This document shows, piece by piece, positions 47,970 through 57,944 of a stretch of DNA of 64,000 bases (position 1 is its first letter; the number at the start of each line of letters is the position of its first letter). Both the position numbers and the translations under genes were made by a program. This stretch comes from Methanotrichaceae archaeon (GTDB taxonomy: Archaea > Halobacteriota > Methanosarcinia > Methanotrichales > Methanotrichaceae). The DNA lies in assembly GCA_963748825.1 (NCBI GenBank), contig CAVVKN010000009.1, positions 247,471 to 311,470 on the forward strand, read 5' to 3'. The notes beneath the pieces are model-generated. The model was not told the origin of the DNA. It was given only the letters and a program-made list of their open reading frames with translations, and made no database searches.

Positions 47970-50387
47970 ATGGCAACAAGAGAGGGCAGCTTTTCGGTTG
48001 AGGATATGAAGAATGTCCAGATCAACATAGGAGCTGTCGTTAAGGAAGCGGATGAATGGGACCAGGAGATGGGTCCATTCCCCAAGCCCGGCGTGGCAAC
48101 GCTCCGGAACTGGGACTATAAGATAATGAACAGATACAAGATCATGTACGCGCCCGCCGATGATACATGCACCTTGTGTACTTTTGGTCCATGCGACCTT
48201 ACCGGGACCAAGAAAGGCGCATGCGGCATAGATCAGGCCGGAGCATGCGGCAAGATCGTTCTTATTGCCTGCCTGATGGGTTGCTGTGCCCATGCTGCTC
48301 ACGGCAGACATCTTTATCACTGGTGCCTCGATAAGTTCGGCGACATGAATTTCGACATGGGCGACGAGATTCTGGTTGATTCTCCCCTTTATCAGACCAT
48401 CATTGGCAAGAAGCCCAAGACGCTCAAAGACTTCGGAGAAGGCCTTGCCTATCTCGAAGAAGAAGTAGTTCAGCTTGTAGCCGCGACCCATACCGGCCAA
48501 GAGGGCAACTATATGGACTTCGAGTCCAAGGCCCTGCATACCGGCATGATGGACGACCTGGGCATGGAAATCTGCGATCTGCTTCAGATCGTAGCCTACG
48601 ACATGCCTCGCGGCGCGGCTGATGCCCCGCTCATTGAGATCGGCATGGGAACCTTAGACCAGAACAAGGGTGTTCTGATAGCTTACGGCCACAACCTGGC
48701 TGCTGGCGCTGAGGCCATGATCTATGCCGAGAACAACAATCTCTGGGACAAAGTAGACATTGGCGGCGTTTGCTGTACTGCCTTCGATCTCACCAGGATC
48801 ACAGAGACTGGCAGAGATAGCATCGTACCCAAGAACTTGGGCCCCAAGGCCAAGGTCGCAGGAGCCATGGGCTGGTGGAGAAAGATGATTCGCTCCGGAG
48901 TCATGGACTGCGTCATGGTGGACGAGCAGTGCGTCTACTGCGATGTGCTGGGCGACGCTCAGATGCGCAAGATCCCTGTCATTGCCACCACCGACAAGAT
49001 CATGCTCGGTCTGCCGGACAGGACCAACGATCCAGTTGATGAGATCGTAGAGGATCTGGTAAGCTTTAAGATGCCGGGCGTTGCCGTATTGGATCCAACC
49101 AAAGCTGGCGAGGTCGGCATCAGAGTTGCCATAGCTGTAAAGCCCAAGCGCGCAGAAGCTAAGATCCAGAACCTGATCACAGAAGCGCAGTTCAAGGAAG
49201 GCGTTGAGAAGTGTACTGTCTGCAACGAGTGCGCCTTCGTCTGCCCGCCCCATATCAGAATCAGCGACCTTATGACTGAGGCTAAGAAAGGCAATCTGGA
49301 ATTATTCTCGTCTATGTACGAGATCTGCGTAGGATGCGGAAAGTGCGAGCAGTCCTGTCCTCAGGGCATAAAAATCCTGGATCTCTTCGAGTTTGCTAAC
49401 CGCCAGTACATCAAGAACCAGAAGTTCAAAATGAGAGCCGGCCGTGGCCCTGCGCGCGACACTGAGATCAGAGCGGTTGGTGCCCCAATTGTGCTCGGCA
49501 CCATTCCCGGAGTCATAGCTCTTGTCGGATGCAGCAACTACCCCAATGGTACCAAGGAGTGCTACGACATCGCCAAGGAGTTCGTAGACCGCGGCTACAT
49601 CGTCGTCACTTCCGGTTGCATGGCCATGGATATGTCCCTCTACACCGATGAAGACGGCAAGACCATCTGGGAGCAGTACGGAGGCGCCTTCGATGGAAGG
49701 AACATCTGCAATACCGGTTCCTGTGTGGCCAATGCCAACATCATGGGCGCAGCCATTAAGGTGGCCACAATCTTCGCTCACAGAAACCACAGGGGCAACT
49801 TCGATGATATCGCCGACTACATCCTGAACAAAGTTGGCGCCTGCGGAATTGCCTGGGGAGCATACTCTCAGAAGGCCGCGTCCATCGCGACAGGCTGCAA
49901 CAGGCTCGGCATTCCCGTGGTGGTTCAGCCTCACTCTGTCATGTACCGCAGATCCTTCGTGGGCAGAGCAGACAAGCCTGAGGACTGGATGACCATCGAT
50001 GCACGCGATGGAAGTTTGCAGCAGGTTGAGCCCGCACCAGAAGCCATGCTGTATATCGCCGAGACCAAGGAAGAAGCCATGGTTGAGATGGCCAAGCTCT
50101 GCTTCCGGCCTTCCGATAATAGCATCGGCAGAGGTATCAAGCTGACTCACTACTGTGATATCTCCATGAAGTACTGCGGCAAGCTGCCCGACGACTGGCA
50201 TATCTACGTCCGCGACGCCAAGGACCTTCCCCTTGTTTATAAAGAGCAGATGATGAAGGAGCTGGAGTCAAAGCACGGCTGGCAGATCGACTGGAAGGCC
50301 AAGAAGATCCTCACCGGACCTCTGCGGCCTGCTGATGTGAGCTTCGACCCGACATTGATTGCCAGGAAGATCAGGACCAAGAAGTGA
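47970..50387 (+). CDS. cdhA: ACDS complex alpha subunit (CO dehydrogenase)
   Basis: CTLCTFGPCDL...GACG, H..HGRH, GGVCCT, two extra 4Fe-4S motifs, GSCV.N and WGAYSQKA. Confidence 0.97.
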   Translation: MATREGSFSVEDMKNVQINIGAVVKEADEWDQEMGPFPKPGVATLRNWDYKIMNRYKIMYAPADDTCTLCTFGPCDLTGTKKGACGIDQAGACGKIVLIACLMGCCAHAAHGRHLYHWCLDKFGDMNFDMGDEILVDSPLYQTIIGKKPKTLKDFGEGLAYLEEEVVQLVAATHTGQEGNYMDFESKALHTGMMDDLGMEICDLLQIVAYDMPRGAADAPLIEIGMGTLDQNKGVLIAYGHNLAAGAEAMIYAENNNLWDKVDIGGVCCTAFDLTRITETGRDSIVPKNLGPKAKVAGAMGWWRKMIRSGVMDCVMVDEQCVYCDVLGDAQMRKIPVIATTDKIMLGLPDRTNDPVDEIVEDLVSFKMPGVAVLDPTKAGEVGIRVAIAVKPKRAEAKIQNLITEAQFKEGVEKCTVCNECAFVCPPHIRISDLMTEAKKGNLELFSSMYEICVGCGKCEQSCPQGIKILDLFEFANRQYIKNQKFKMRAGRGPARDTEIRAVGAPIVLGTIPGVIALVGCSNYPNGTKECYDIAKEFVDRGYIVVTSGCMAMDMSLYTDEDGKTIWEQYGGAFDGRNICNTGSCVANANIMGAAIKVATIFAHRNHRGNFDDIADYILNKVGACGIAWGAYSQKAASIATGCNRLGIPVVVQPHSVMYRRSFVGRADKPEDWMTIDARDGSLQQVEPAPEAMLYIAETKEEAMVEMAKLCFRPSDNSIGRGIKLTHYCDISMKYCGKLPDDWHIYVRDAKDLPLVYKEQMMKELESKHGWQIDWKAKKILTGPLRPADVSFDPTLIARKIRTKK

Positions 50388-50406
50388 GGGCAAGGAGGAG
50401 ATAAAA

Positions 50407-50970
50407 ATGGCAGCAGAAGTTAAGAAGGGCATTGACACCACCAAGAATCCCATTCCCTTTGAGATGGCCCAGATTCCTGGGCCGGAGGTAGCTAAGTGCT
50501 TCATGCCGAAGGTTATGGGCGCAATAATCAAGAAGGCCAAGAGGCCTCTGCTCGTTGTGGGAGCAGAGCTCTTTGACGACCCCATCATGTTCGATAAGAT
50601 GATCGAGATGGGCAAGATGGGCATTCCCATCGCCGCCACGGCGCATTCCGTGAAGGGCTTTGTAGATAGAGGTTACCTGGAGAACGTCTACCAGATCGGC
50701 CTGCACCCCCTGACCAACTACCTGCGCTTCCCCGACTGGAAGGGCTTGGATGGACAGGGCCAGTACGATGCCGTTATCTTTATGGGCATCTTCTACAAAT
50801 TCGCCAACGCCATGTTCGCAACTCTCAAGAACTTCAACCGGGACATCAAGCGCATATCCGTTGACCGGTACTATCACATCAATGCGAATATGACCTTTGG
50901 CAACATGGCCTTTATCCCCGACGACTATCACGCCGCCGTGGACGAAGTAATCGCAGCAATGCGGAAATAA
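50407..50970 (+). CDS. cdhB: ACDS complex epsilon subunit
   Basis: IKKAKRPLLVVG, W.GLDG.G.YD and NANMTF.N motifs; position after cdhA; GGAGG RBS. Confidence 0.95.
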   Translation: MAAEVKKGIDTTKNPIPFEMAQIPGPEVAKCFMPKVMGAIIKKAKRPLLVVGAELFDDPIMFDKMIEMGKMGIPIAATAHSVKGFVDRGYLENVYQIGLHPLTNYLRFPDWKGLDGQGQYDAVIFMGIFYKFANAMFATLKNFNRDIKRISVDRYYHINANMTFGNMAFIPDDYHAAVDEVIAAMRK

Positions 50971-51000
50971 AGTTTATCCATAAACAGAAGAGGTATATTA

Positions 51001-52407
51001 ATGGCAGACATAAAGTTGGATATATCCCCTATGTATGAGGGAGAGCGCATCAGAAAGGACGATCTATGGGTAGAGCTGGGCGGCCCCAAGGCAGACGGAT
51101 TCGAGCTGTCCCTGTCAGCCCCCATGGATGAGATACAGGATGGAAGGGTTACGGTCATCGGTCCCGAGCTCAAGGATATCAAGGAAGGCTCCACAATTCC
51201 CTTCGGCATGATATTCAAGGTCGGTGGCGAGAAGATTGAGAAGGATCTGGAGTCCATCATCGAGAGGCGCAACCACGCCCTGCTCTCCTACATCAGCGGT
51301 CTCATGCATCTCAACCAGAGATACGATATCTGGATGAGAGTAGGCAAGAGCCTGGCCAAGAAGGGTGTAACCTCCTGGAAAGAGATATTTACTCCCATCA
51401 TCGATCTGTACAAGGCCGAGATGCCCTTCATCGAGAAGATGGAGATCACCATTGTCACCGACCCAGCCAAGGTAAAGGAAGAGCTGGCAAAGGCCATGGC
51501 AGTCTACAAGACTCGCGATGAGCGCGCCAAGGGACTGCACGATGAGGACGTCGATGTCTTCTACGGCTGCACACTTTGCCAGGCATTCGCTCCCACCAGC
51601 GCCTGCGTGGTCACACCCGACAGGCCCTCCCTGTGCGGAGCTATCACCTGGTTCGATGGACGCGCTGCTGCCAAGGTGGACCCAGAGGGCCCCCAGTTCC
51701 CCATACCCAAGGGAACGGCAATGGATGCTGTTGCCGGCGAGTACGAAGCCATCAACGAGATGGCAGCGAAGCGCTCGGGCGGCGAGTACAGCAGAATGTT
51801 GCTGTACACATTCTTCGATGCACCCCACACATCCTGTGGCTGCTTCGAGACCATCGGCTTCTACATGCCCGAGGTTGACGGCATCGGCCTTGCCGACCGT
51901 GACTTCAGGGGAGCAACCCCCAACGGACTGCCTTTCTCAACCATGGCAGGCCAGACAGGCGGCGGCAAGCAGGTTGTAGGATTCCTGGGAATGGGCATTC
52001 TCTACTACCTCTCCCCCAAGTTCCTCCAGGCCGACGGCGGCTGGAGAAGGATCGTCTGGATGTCCAAGGGTCTCAAGGAGAGAGTAAAGGCAGGCATCGA
52101 TGAGGACATGATGGCCAAGATCGCCACTGAAGATGATGCCAAGGATATCGCAGCTCTCAAGGCCTTCCTGCTCAAGGTCAACCATCCCGTTGTCGACGGC
52201 GTCACCAGGAAAGTTGACAACAAGAAGATCACCGAGGGCTGGAAGCTCGAGGATATCTCCGACGAGATCAAGGAGAAGGTCATGGCCTATATCGAGAAGA
52301 CCGGCGGAGACATCAACATCGATACCGTCAAGTCTGAGCTTGCCCTGACCGAAGGCCAGTTCATGCAGGTCGTCGAGGCTCTGCAGGAAGACGGCGTCCT
52401 TGAGTGA
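51001..52407 (+). CDS. cdhC: ACDS complex beta subunit (acetyl-CoA synthase)
   Basis: EGERIRK.D..VELGGP, FYGCTLCQAFAP, PHTSCGCFE and GG..RIVWM motifs; atypical C-terminus. Confidence 0.97.
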   Translation: MADIKLDISPMYEGERIRKDDLWVELGGPKADGFELSLSAPMDEIQDGRVTVIGPELKDIKEGSTIPFGMIFKVGGEKIEKDLESIIERRNHALLSYISGLMHLNQRYDIWMRVGKSLAKKGVTSWKEIFTPIIDLYKAEMPFIEKMEITIVTDPAKVKEELAKAMAVYKTRDERAKGLHDEDVDVFYGCTLCQAFAPTSACVVTPDRPSLCGAITWFDGRAAAKVDPEGPQFPIPKGTAMDAVAGEYEAINEMAAKRSGGEYSRMLLYTFFDAPHTSCGCFETIGFYMPEVDGIGLADRDFRGATPNGLPFSTMAGQTGGGKQVVGFLGMGILYYLSPKFLQADGGWRRIVWMSKGLKERVKAGIDEDMMAKIATEDDAKDIAALKAFLLKVNHPVVDGVTRKVDNKKITEGWKLEDISDEIKEKVMAYIEKTGGDINIDTVKSELALTEGQFMQVVEALQEDGVLE

Positions 52408-52452
52408 AGTGAATTTCAGAGAGTTAGCAAAAATCAAAGAGGGTGAAAATCT

Positions 52453-52626
52453 ATGCAGTTAAAACTCAAGAAGAAGGAACCTGCAGCCGCGGCTCCAGCA
52501 GCCGCACCTGCTGCAGCAGGCGCAGCAGCAGCACCAGCTTTTGCCATGTCCGGCAGCGCCGGCGGCATTAAGTTGATACTGAAGGATGCCAAGATCAGCA
52601 TAGACAAGGTAGTACTCGCCAAGTAG
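52453..52626 (+). CDS. 57-aa ACDS-operon microprotein 1 (resembles a detached CdhC C-terminal tail)
   Basis: GAGGGTGA RBS; MQLKLKKKEPAAAAPAAAPAAAGAAAAPAFAMSGSAGGIKLILKDAKISIDKVVLAK; paralogous to the next ORF. Absent from the ORF track (under 60 aa). Confidence 0.8.
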   Translation: MQLKLKKKEPAAAAPAAAPAAAGAAAAPAFAMSGSAGGIKLILKDAKISIDKVVLAK

Positions 52627-52708
52627 AGTCTGCCTATCCCCTTTTTTGGGGAATGGCGGATTTTACGAAGCGAGACCTATCGTTTTAGTTAAAAGTGAGG
52701 GAGATATT

Positions 52709-52885
52709 ATGCAGCTTAAGCTTAAGAAAAAAGAAGCAGCTCCAGCCGCAGCCGCACCTGCCGCAGCAGGCGCAGCAGCGGCTCCGGCTTTCGCTATGCC
52801 AGCAGCATCATCGGGTGGAATGATCATTGAGCTTAGAGGCGCTTCCATCCATGTAGCGGAAGTTGTCATAAAACCGAAAAAATAA
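52709..52885 (+). CDS. 58-aa ACDS-operon microprotein 2
   Basis: GAGGGAG RBS; MQLKLKKKEAAPAAAAPAAAGAAAAPAFAMPAASSGGMIIELRGASIHVAEVVIKPKK. Confidence 0.8.
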   Translation: MQLKLKKKEAAPAAAAPAAAGAAAAPAFAMPAASSGGMIIELRGASIHVAEVVIKPKK

Positions 52886-52898
52886 GGAAGGCTAGACC

Positions 52899-53660
52899 TT
52901 GGGGAAAGTAATAGCGGTAACCGGTAAGGGCGGCACCGGCAAGACAGCCGTGACCGCGATGCTTATTAGATACCTGGTAAAAAATTCCGGAAAAAAGTAC
53001 CGAATACTTGCAATCGATGCCGATCCCGATGCCAATTTGGCCGATGCGCTGGGCGTAAAGGCGGGAAAAACCATCGGCGACATGAGGGAGTTCGTGCAGC
53101 AGTCCCGGTTCACAGCTTCACCGGATACTGACAAGCAGGCGCTTCTTGAGGCCAAGCTCTTCGAGATTCTCTTGGAGGAGGAGGGCTATGATCTTCTTGT
53201 CATGGGCAAGCCGGAAGGATCTGGGTGTTACTGTTTTGTCAACAATCTTCTGCGCGCCGTTATGGATAAGACCACGGCTAACTACGATCTGATCATCATT
53301 GACACACCGGCGGGTCTGGAGCATTTCAGCAGGAAGACCATTCCCGACCTCGACGATCTTATCGTGGTGACGGATGAATCCAGAAGAGGGCTTACCACGG
53401 GCGAGCGCATACGTGACACTGCCCGCGAGATCGAGCTGAAGTATAACAATCTCTTTGTGATCGTGAACAAGGTCACCGCGGGAAGCAAGGACAAGGTTCT
53501 TGAGAATGCTAAAGGCATCGGCCTGTTGGTTATCGGCACTATCCCCTATGATGAAAGCTTAGCCAAATTCGATTTAGTGGGAGATCCATTGATGGGCCTT
53601 CCCGATGAATCGCCTGCAGTGCAAGAAATGACTCAGGTCGTCGGGAAACTGGGCCTGTGA
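52899..53660 (+). CDS. cooC: CooC/AcsF-type nickel-insertion ATPase
   Basis: GKGGTGKT, IDADPDANL, GCYC and D..AGLEHFSR motifs; lies within the cdh operon. Confidence 0.9.
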   Translation: MGKVIAVTGKGGTGKTAVTAMLIRYLVKNSGKKYRILAIDADPDANLADALGVKAGKTIGDMREFVQQSRFTASPDTDKQALLEAKLFEILLEEEGYDLLVMGKPEGSGCYCFVNNLLRAVMDKTTANYDLIIIDTPAGLEHFSRKTIPDLDDLIVVTDESRRGLTTGERIRDTAREIELKYNNLFVIVNKVTAGSKDKVLENAKGIGLLVIGTIPYDESLAKFDLVGDPLMGLPDESPAVQEMTQVVGKLGL

Positions 53661-53671
53661 GGGTGATTTGA

Positions 53672-55024
53672 ATGGCAGAGAAGATCTCTTTAACTGACCT
53701 TAATAAGACATTAGCAGAAATGAATGTTCAATCCCTCGAGGGATTAAAGATCGAGGGTGATGTAGAGATAGAAATAGATGCAGGCGCAGGTGGCGTAGGC
53801 CCCCTGTTTGCATACTATTTCGGACAAGAGGCGGCCAAGATCGCCATGCAGCTCATGAACTTCGCCAAGGCGGTAGGCTATCCCGTAGAGAATCTGCTCC
53901 AGCCGGTTGCAATAGCTTCGGCCATAGCCCCAGCTCCTAAGGATCTGGCTGCCGCTGCCGCTGCAGTTCCCGCCTTTAAGGTGGCATCTGCATTGGCCAG
54001 CGCCAAGTTTGCCGTCGGCGTAGACAAGACCTGGAGGAACACCATCCAGGAGGTCACACTGGGCGCTACTAAGGCAGATGGCGGAAGCCGCGGTCATGTG
54101 GTCAAGCTGGGCGGCGAGAAGGCTATGCCTTTCTTCCCGGATGCAGCCATGCCCCATGCCCCCAAGATCACCATGGACGTCTTCGACATGCCCATCGGCA
54201 TGGCCAAGGCCGTCAAGATGCATTATGAGGATGTTATCAACAGCCCAGGCGAGTGGGCCAAGAAGGCAGTCAAGAAGTTCGGCGCCGACATGGTTACAGT
54301 TCACCTGATCAGCACTGATCCGCTCCTCAAGGACACCTCTGCCCAAGAGGCCGTCAAGACCGTTGAGGAGGTATTGCAGGCTGTGGATGTGCCAATCTGT
54401 ATCGGCGGATCCGGCAACCCCACCAAGGACCCAATTGTGCTCTCCAAGGCCGCAGAAGTAGCCCAGGGCGAGCGCGTTCTCATCGCTTCTGCCAACCTGA
54501 ACATGGATTGGGAGAAGATCGGCAAGGCCTGTGTGGACAACGGACATGTGTGCCTCGCCTGGACACAGCTCGAGATCAACTCTCAGAAGGAGCTGAACAG
54601 GAAGCTCATGAAGGTCGCCGGCGTTCCCCGCGAGTCCATCGTCATGGACCCGACAACAGCGGCTCTGGCTTACGGCCTGGACTTCGCCTACTCCAACATG
54701 GAGAGAATTCGCCTCGGCGCTCTGAAGGGCGACGAAGAGTTGACCTTCCCCATGTCCTCCGGCACCACCAACGCCTGGGGTGTTAGAGAGTCCTGGATGG
54801 TCCGCTCACCCAACAAGGACGACTCCGACTGGGGAGACCGCATGCTTCGCGGCCCAATCTGGGAGATTCTGACCGGATACTCTCTGGCCATGGCCGGTGT
54901 GGACATCTTCATGATGATGCACCCGACGGCTGTTGCCTATGTGCATGAGATCACTCAGTCCCTGATGGGAAGAATTGAGGCCAAGACGCCTGACACTGCC
55001 GCCTGGCTCAAGATGGGGGTGTGA
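53672..55024 (+). CDS. cdhD: ACDS complex delta subunit (corrinoid Fe-S protein small subunit)
   Basis: [36 protein letters not shown] and TTNAWG.RE.W motifs. Confidence 0.96.
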   Translation: MAEKISLTDLNKTLAEMNVQSLEGLKIEGDVEIEIDAGAGGVGPLFAYYFGQEAAKIAMQLMNFAKAVGYPVENLLQPVAIASAIAPAPKDLAAAAAAVPAFKVASALASAKFAVGVDKTWRNTIQEVTLGATKADGGSRGHVVKLGGEKAMPFFPDAAMPHAPKITMDVFDMPIGMAKAVKMHYEDVINSPGEWAKKAVKKFGADMVTVHLISTDPLLKDTSAQEAVKTVEEVLQAVDVPICIGGSGNPTKDPIVLSKAAEVAQGERVLIASANLNMDWEKIGKACVDNGHVCLAWTQLEINSQKELNRKLMKVAGVPRESIVMDPTTAALAYGLDFAYSNMERIRLGALKGDEELTFPMSSGTTNAWGVRESWMVRSPNKDDSDWGDRMLRGPIWEILTGYSLAMAGVDIFMMMHPTAVAYVHEITQSLMGRIEAKTPDTAAWLKMGV

Positions 55025-56445
55025 GTAACATGAAGGAAACAAGCCCGCTTAACCTTTACAAGCAGCTTCCACAGACCAACTGTAAGAAGTGCGGAGAGGA
55101 GACCTGCATGGCCTATGCCGCCGGCCTGATCGCCAGGACCCGGAAGGTAGAGGAGTGCACTCCACTGATCGATGAGAAGAAGTACGCCAAGAAGCTTGAG
55201 ACTCTGAGGAGCATCGTCGCTCCTGAGCTGAAGATGGTTTACATCGGCGTCGGAGAAAAGCAGGTCAAGGTTGGCGGCGAGGACGTCATGTACCGCCACC
55301 AGATGACCTTCTTCAACAAGCCTCCATTTGCCTACGATGTAGCCGACAACATGGAAGAAGCCAAGCTGGTAGAGCGTGTCAAGAAGATCTCCACCTGGCG
55401 CAAGTTCTACATCGGCAAGTGGCAGGGTGTCGAGATGATTGCCGTCCGTTCCGTGAGTGACGACCCGGCTAAGTTCGCAGCCTGTGTCAAGACGGTCATG
55501 GCCAATTCGGACTTCCCGCTCATTCTCTGCTCCTTCAATCCCGCCGTTCTCAAGGCTGGACTTGAGGTAGCCGCCAAGGCGAAACCCCTCATCTACGCCG
55601 CCAACAAGGACAACTGGAAGGAGGTCGCACAGCTCGCCAATGACTATAAGGTACCTGTGACCCTCTCCGTGCCCTTCGATCTGGATGGCCTGAAGTCCAT
55701 GGCCGTCACCTTTGCCGGCATGGGCCTCACCGATCTCATCCTTGATCCAGGCACAGCCCCCAACGGCAAGATGCTGCAGCAGACACTGCTCAACTTCATC
55801 AACCTGAGGAGAGCGGCTGTTGAAGAGGCTCAGAGGGATATCGCCTATCCAGTCATGGTGCTGCCCATCAATGCCTGGCTGACCACTGATGATCCAGTTC
55901 GTGCTTCCTACTGGGAGTCCGTGCTAACCGCTGCCTTTGTCATCCGCGGCGGAGCCATCATGATCAAGCACTCGCTTGAGGCTCACAGCATGATGCCGGA
56001 TATGCATCTGCGCTTCAATATCTACACCGATCCGAGGACGCCCGTGCAGGTCAAGCCCGGCATCTACCAGGTTGGCAAGCCAGGGCCTGAGTCTCCGGTC
56101 TTCTTGACCACCAACTTCGCCCTGACCTACTACACAGTAGAGTCGGATATTGCCTCCAACGAAATTGATGCCTATATCATTGCCATCAATACCGATGGAA
56201 TCGGCGTGCAGGCGTCTGTGGCTGGCGGCCAGCTAAGCCCCACCAAGATCCTGGATTCCTTCAACGAGGCCGCCTTCGATTGGGCCGGTCAGAAGTATCC
56301 AGCAATGGTTCTGCCCGGAATGGCTGCCAAGTTCTCCGGTGAGCTGGAGGACCTCTTCCAGGGGAAGACCAAGATCATGGTCGGCCCAGAAGACTCCGGA
56401 CGCATCATCGGCTGGATGAAGGAATACTGGCCACCCAAGAAGTAA
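55021..56445 (+). CDS. cdhE: ACDS complex gamma subunit (corrinoid Fe-S protein large subunit)
   Basis: [36 protein letters not shown] and VGPEDS motifs. Start is GTG 55021 or ATG 55030. Confidence 0.96.
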   Translation: MSNMKETSPLNLYKQLPQTNCKKCGEETCMAYAAGLIARTRKVEECTPLIDEKKYAKKLETLRSIVAPELKMVYIGVGEKQVKVGGEDVMYRHQMTFFNKPPFAYDVADNMEEAKLVERVKKISTWRKFYIGKWQGVEMIAVRSVSDDPAKFAACVKTVMANSDFPLILCSFNPAVLKAGLEVAAKAKPLIYAANKDNWKEVAQLANDYKVPVTLSVPFDLDGLKSMAVTFAGMGLTDLILDPGTAPNGKMLQQTLLNFINLRRAAVEEAQRDIAYPVMVLPINAWLTTDDPVRASYWESVLTAAFVIRGGAIMIKHSLEAHSMMPDMHLRFNIYTDPRTPVQVKPGIYQVGKPGPESPVFLTTNFALTYYTVESDIASNEIDAYIIAINTDGIGVQASVAGGQLSPTKILDSFNEAAFDWAGQKYPAMVLPGMAAKFSGELEDLFQGKTKIMVGPEDSGRIIGWMKEYWPPKK

Positions 56446-56469
56446 AGCAGTTGACAGAAATGCTGAGTC

Positions 56470-56503
56470 ATGTGCCCCGAGCGGGCACATAACCCTTATT
56501 TTA
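56470..56503 (+). terminator. Hairpin after the cdh operon
   Basis: ATGTGCCC-CGAGC-GGGCACAT followed by AACCCTTATTTT. Confidence 0.6.
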
Positions 56504-56555
56504 TAAGAGCATCTTTAGAATTGGAATAGATTTCTATCTGGAGGATTCAATACTT

Positions 56556-57023
56556 ATGTTATCTGCAAAATATGCGGCCTTGGCCCTGGGTGTGATGTTC
56601 ATTGCCCTGGCCTTTAATGCCTCAGCCCAGTGGTCACCGGGGGGAGAGATGGTGTATATGGGTGATCTGAATCTAGCGGCATCTTCTGCCTCCAGCGGAA
56701 AAGCCGTGCAGGCCCTGGGCGGCTCTCAGGAAATTCAGGCAGCAACGAATAACTCTTCAATGAGCAACTCCTCATTGAATAACAGCTCGATTAATGGTAC
56801 AACAATAGACAATTCTGCTCTGGTCGGCCCATCAATTGTGGTGCCCGGCACCGCCACGTCCGAGTCTTCCGGCAAAAAGATTCTTGATCTATCCGGTTAT
56901 GCCAGAGATAGGACAAACAAGAACCTGGCCGGATACACGAACATCATGTATCCCATCTCCGGATCGAGGGGCAGCACAACCTCGACGGCGGGCGGAGGAG
57001 GATGCGGCGGAGGGTGCAGTTAG
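56556..57023 (+). CDS. Secreted Ser/Asn-rich hypothetical protein with a GGGGCGGGCS tail
   Basis: GGAGG RBS, signal peptide, clustered N-x-S/T sequons. Confidence 0.75.
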   Translation: MLSAKYAALALGVMFIALAFNASAQWSPGGEMVYMGDLNLAASSASSGKAVQALGGSQEIQAATNNSSMSNSSLNNSSINGTTIDNSALVGPSIVVPGTATSESSGKKILDLSGYARDRTNKNLAGYTNIMYPISGSRGSTTSTAGGGGCGGGCS

Positions 57024-57278
57024 CGGCTCATCTCTTCGAATATTTTTCCCGATCAGCAGTGCTTTAGGCCCTCATATGAAGAGCACCCTAAATTATGCTT
57101 TTTTCGTTGTTGGTTCATAATAATAACTATGTGGCAAATCCTCTCAACATTTGGCAAGATAGAAAATCCCGATCTTTTTCATTCCAGGATCAAGTCGTTG
57201 CCTTGCTACCAACAGCGAAGCAGCCTAAAAAAGATTTCTATAGAAGGCGGCTTTTTCCCAAAGATCCGCCCTTGGCAT

Positions 57279-57509
57279 TCATTCTTTTTCTGGTTCTTCA
57301 CCCATGCCCAAATCCATAGATTCAGCCAGGTCGTCGATCAAAGGCCCAAGCTTCTCCTTCATCTCTGGCCTTAGTTCAATCATCTTGAAAAATATCAGCA
57401 TCTTGCTCGACATGCAGATATCCTCAAGCTCGGCATTGATTCCTTCCAGGCTGTCGTTGATGGAGGCAAGCGTCTCGGCTATCTCTTCCATGGTTTCTTC
57501 TTTAGACAT
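57279..57509 (-). CDS. Small acidic coiled-coil hypothetical protein
   Basis: 76-aa ORF with a heptad pattern and a GATGTGA RBS-like element. Confidence 0.65.
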   Translation of the reverse strand: MSKEETMEEIAETLASINDSLEGINAELEDICMSSKMLIFFKMIELRPEMKEKLGPLIDDLAESMDLGMGEEPEKE

Positions 57510-57572
57510 CTGTCTTTCACATCCCTTGCTATCCTTTGCCGTTCAGGAAATAAATATAGTTGCTCCTCAAGA

Positions 57573-57926
57573 TCAGCTTGGCTTTTGCCGCATCCTGGAT
57601 ATGATGTCGATTGGACTTTCGACGGGATTGACCTTTCTCTTGGAATGCCTTGCCAGAGCGCAATCCTTCAGATCCAGGCGTAGTCCCTTCACCTCGGAGA
57701 GCTTCACCTGCATGTCTTCGACCTTGATCAGGGGATCTTCCAAACGGATGGCCCGGCAGAACCTCTCCAGATCCGGCCTCTCTCCTTCTGCGACGACCAG
57801 AACCCGGTCGTCTGCCAGGTTCTTCACATATCCCTTGAGATCCAGGGTCCTGGCCATGGTCACCACTCTGGACCGGTAGCCCACGTGCTGAACCCTCCCC
57901 GAAACTATTGCTGTGAGTAGGAGCAT
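57573..57926 (-). CDS. acyP: Acylphosphatase-domain protein
   Basis: VSGRVQHVGYR...L.LKGYVKNL.D.RV.VVAEG motif. Confidence 0.85.
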   Translation of the reverse strand: MLLLTAIVSGRVQHVGYRSRVVTMARTLDLKGYVKNLADDRVLVVAEGERPDLERFCRAIRLEDPLIKVEDMQVKLSEVKGLRLDLKDCALARHSKRKVNPVESPIDIISRMRQKPS

Positions 57927-57944
57927 TTCCTTTCACTTGTATCT

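Noticed and set aside
48654-54547. Long antisense ORFs opposite the cdh genes (and similar ones opposite valS, the S-layer gene and the array)
   Set aside because: Shadow ORFs caused by strong codon bias on the coding strand.
47970-56445. Selenocysteine or pyrrolysine recoding joining cdhC (TGA) to the microproteins
   Set aside because: Microprotein 1 is not in frame with cdhC (45-nt gap then ATG would be in frame only if read through, but an in-frame path needs TGA suppression with no SECIS-like evidence), and each micro-ORF has its own RBS and an identical start peptide, which favours independent translation.
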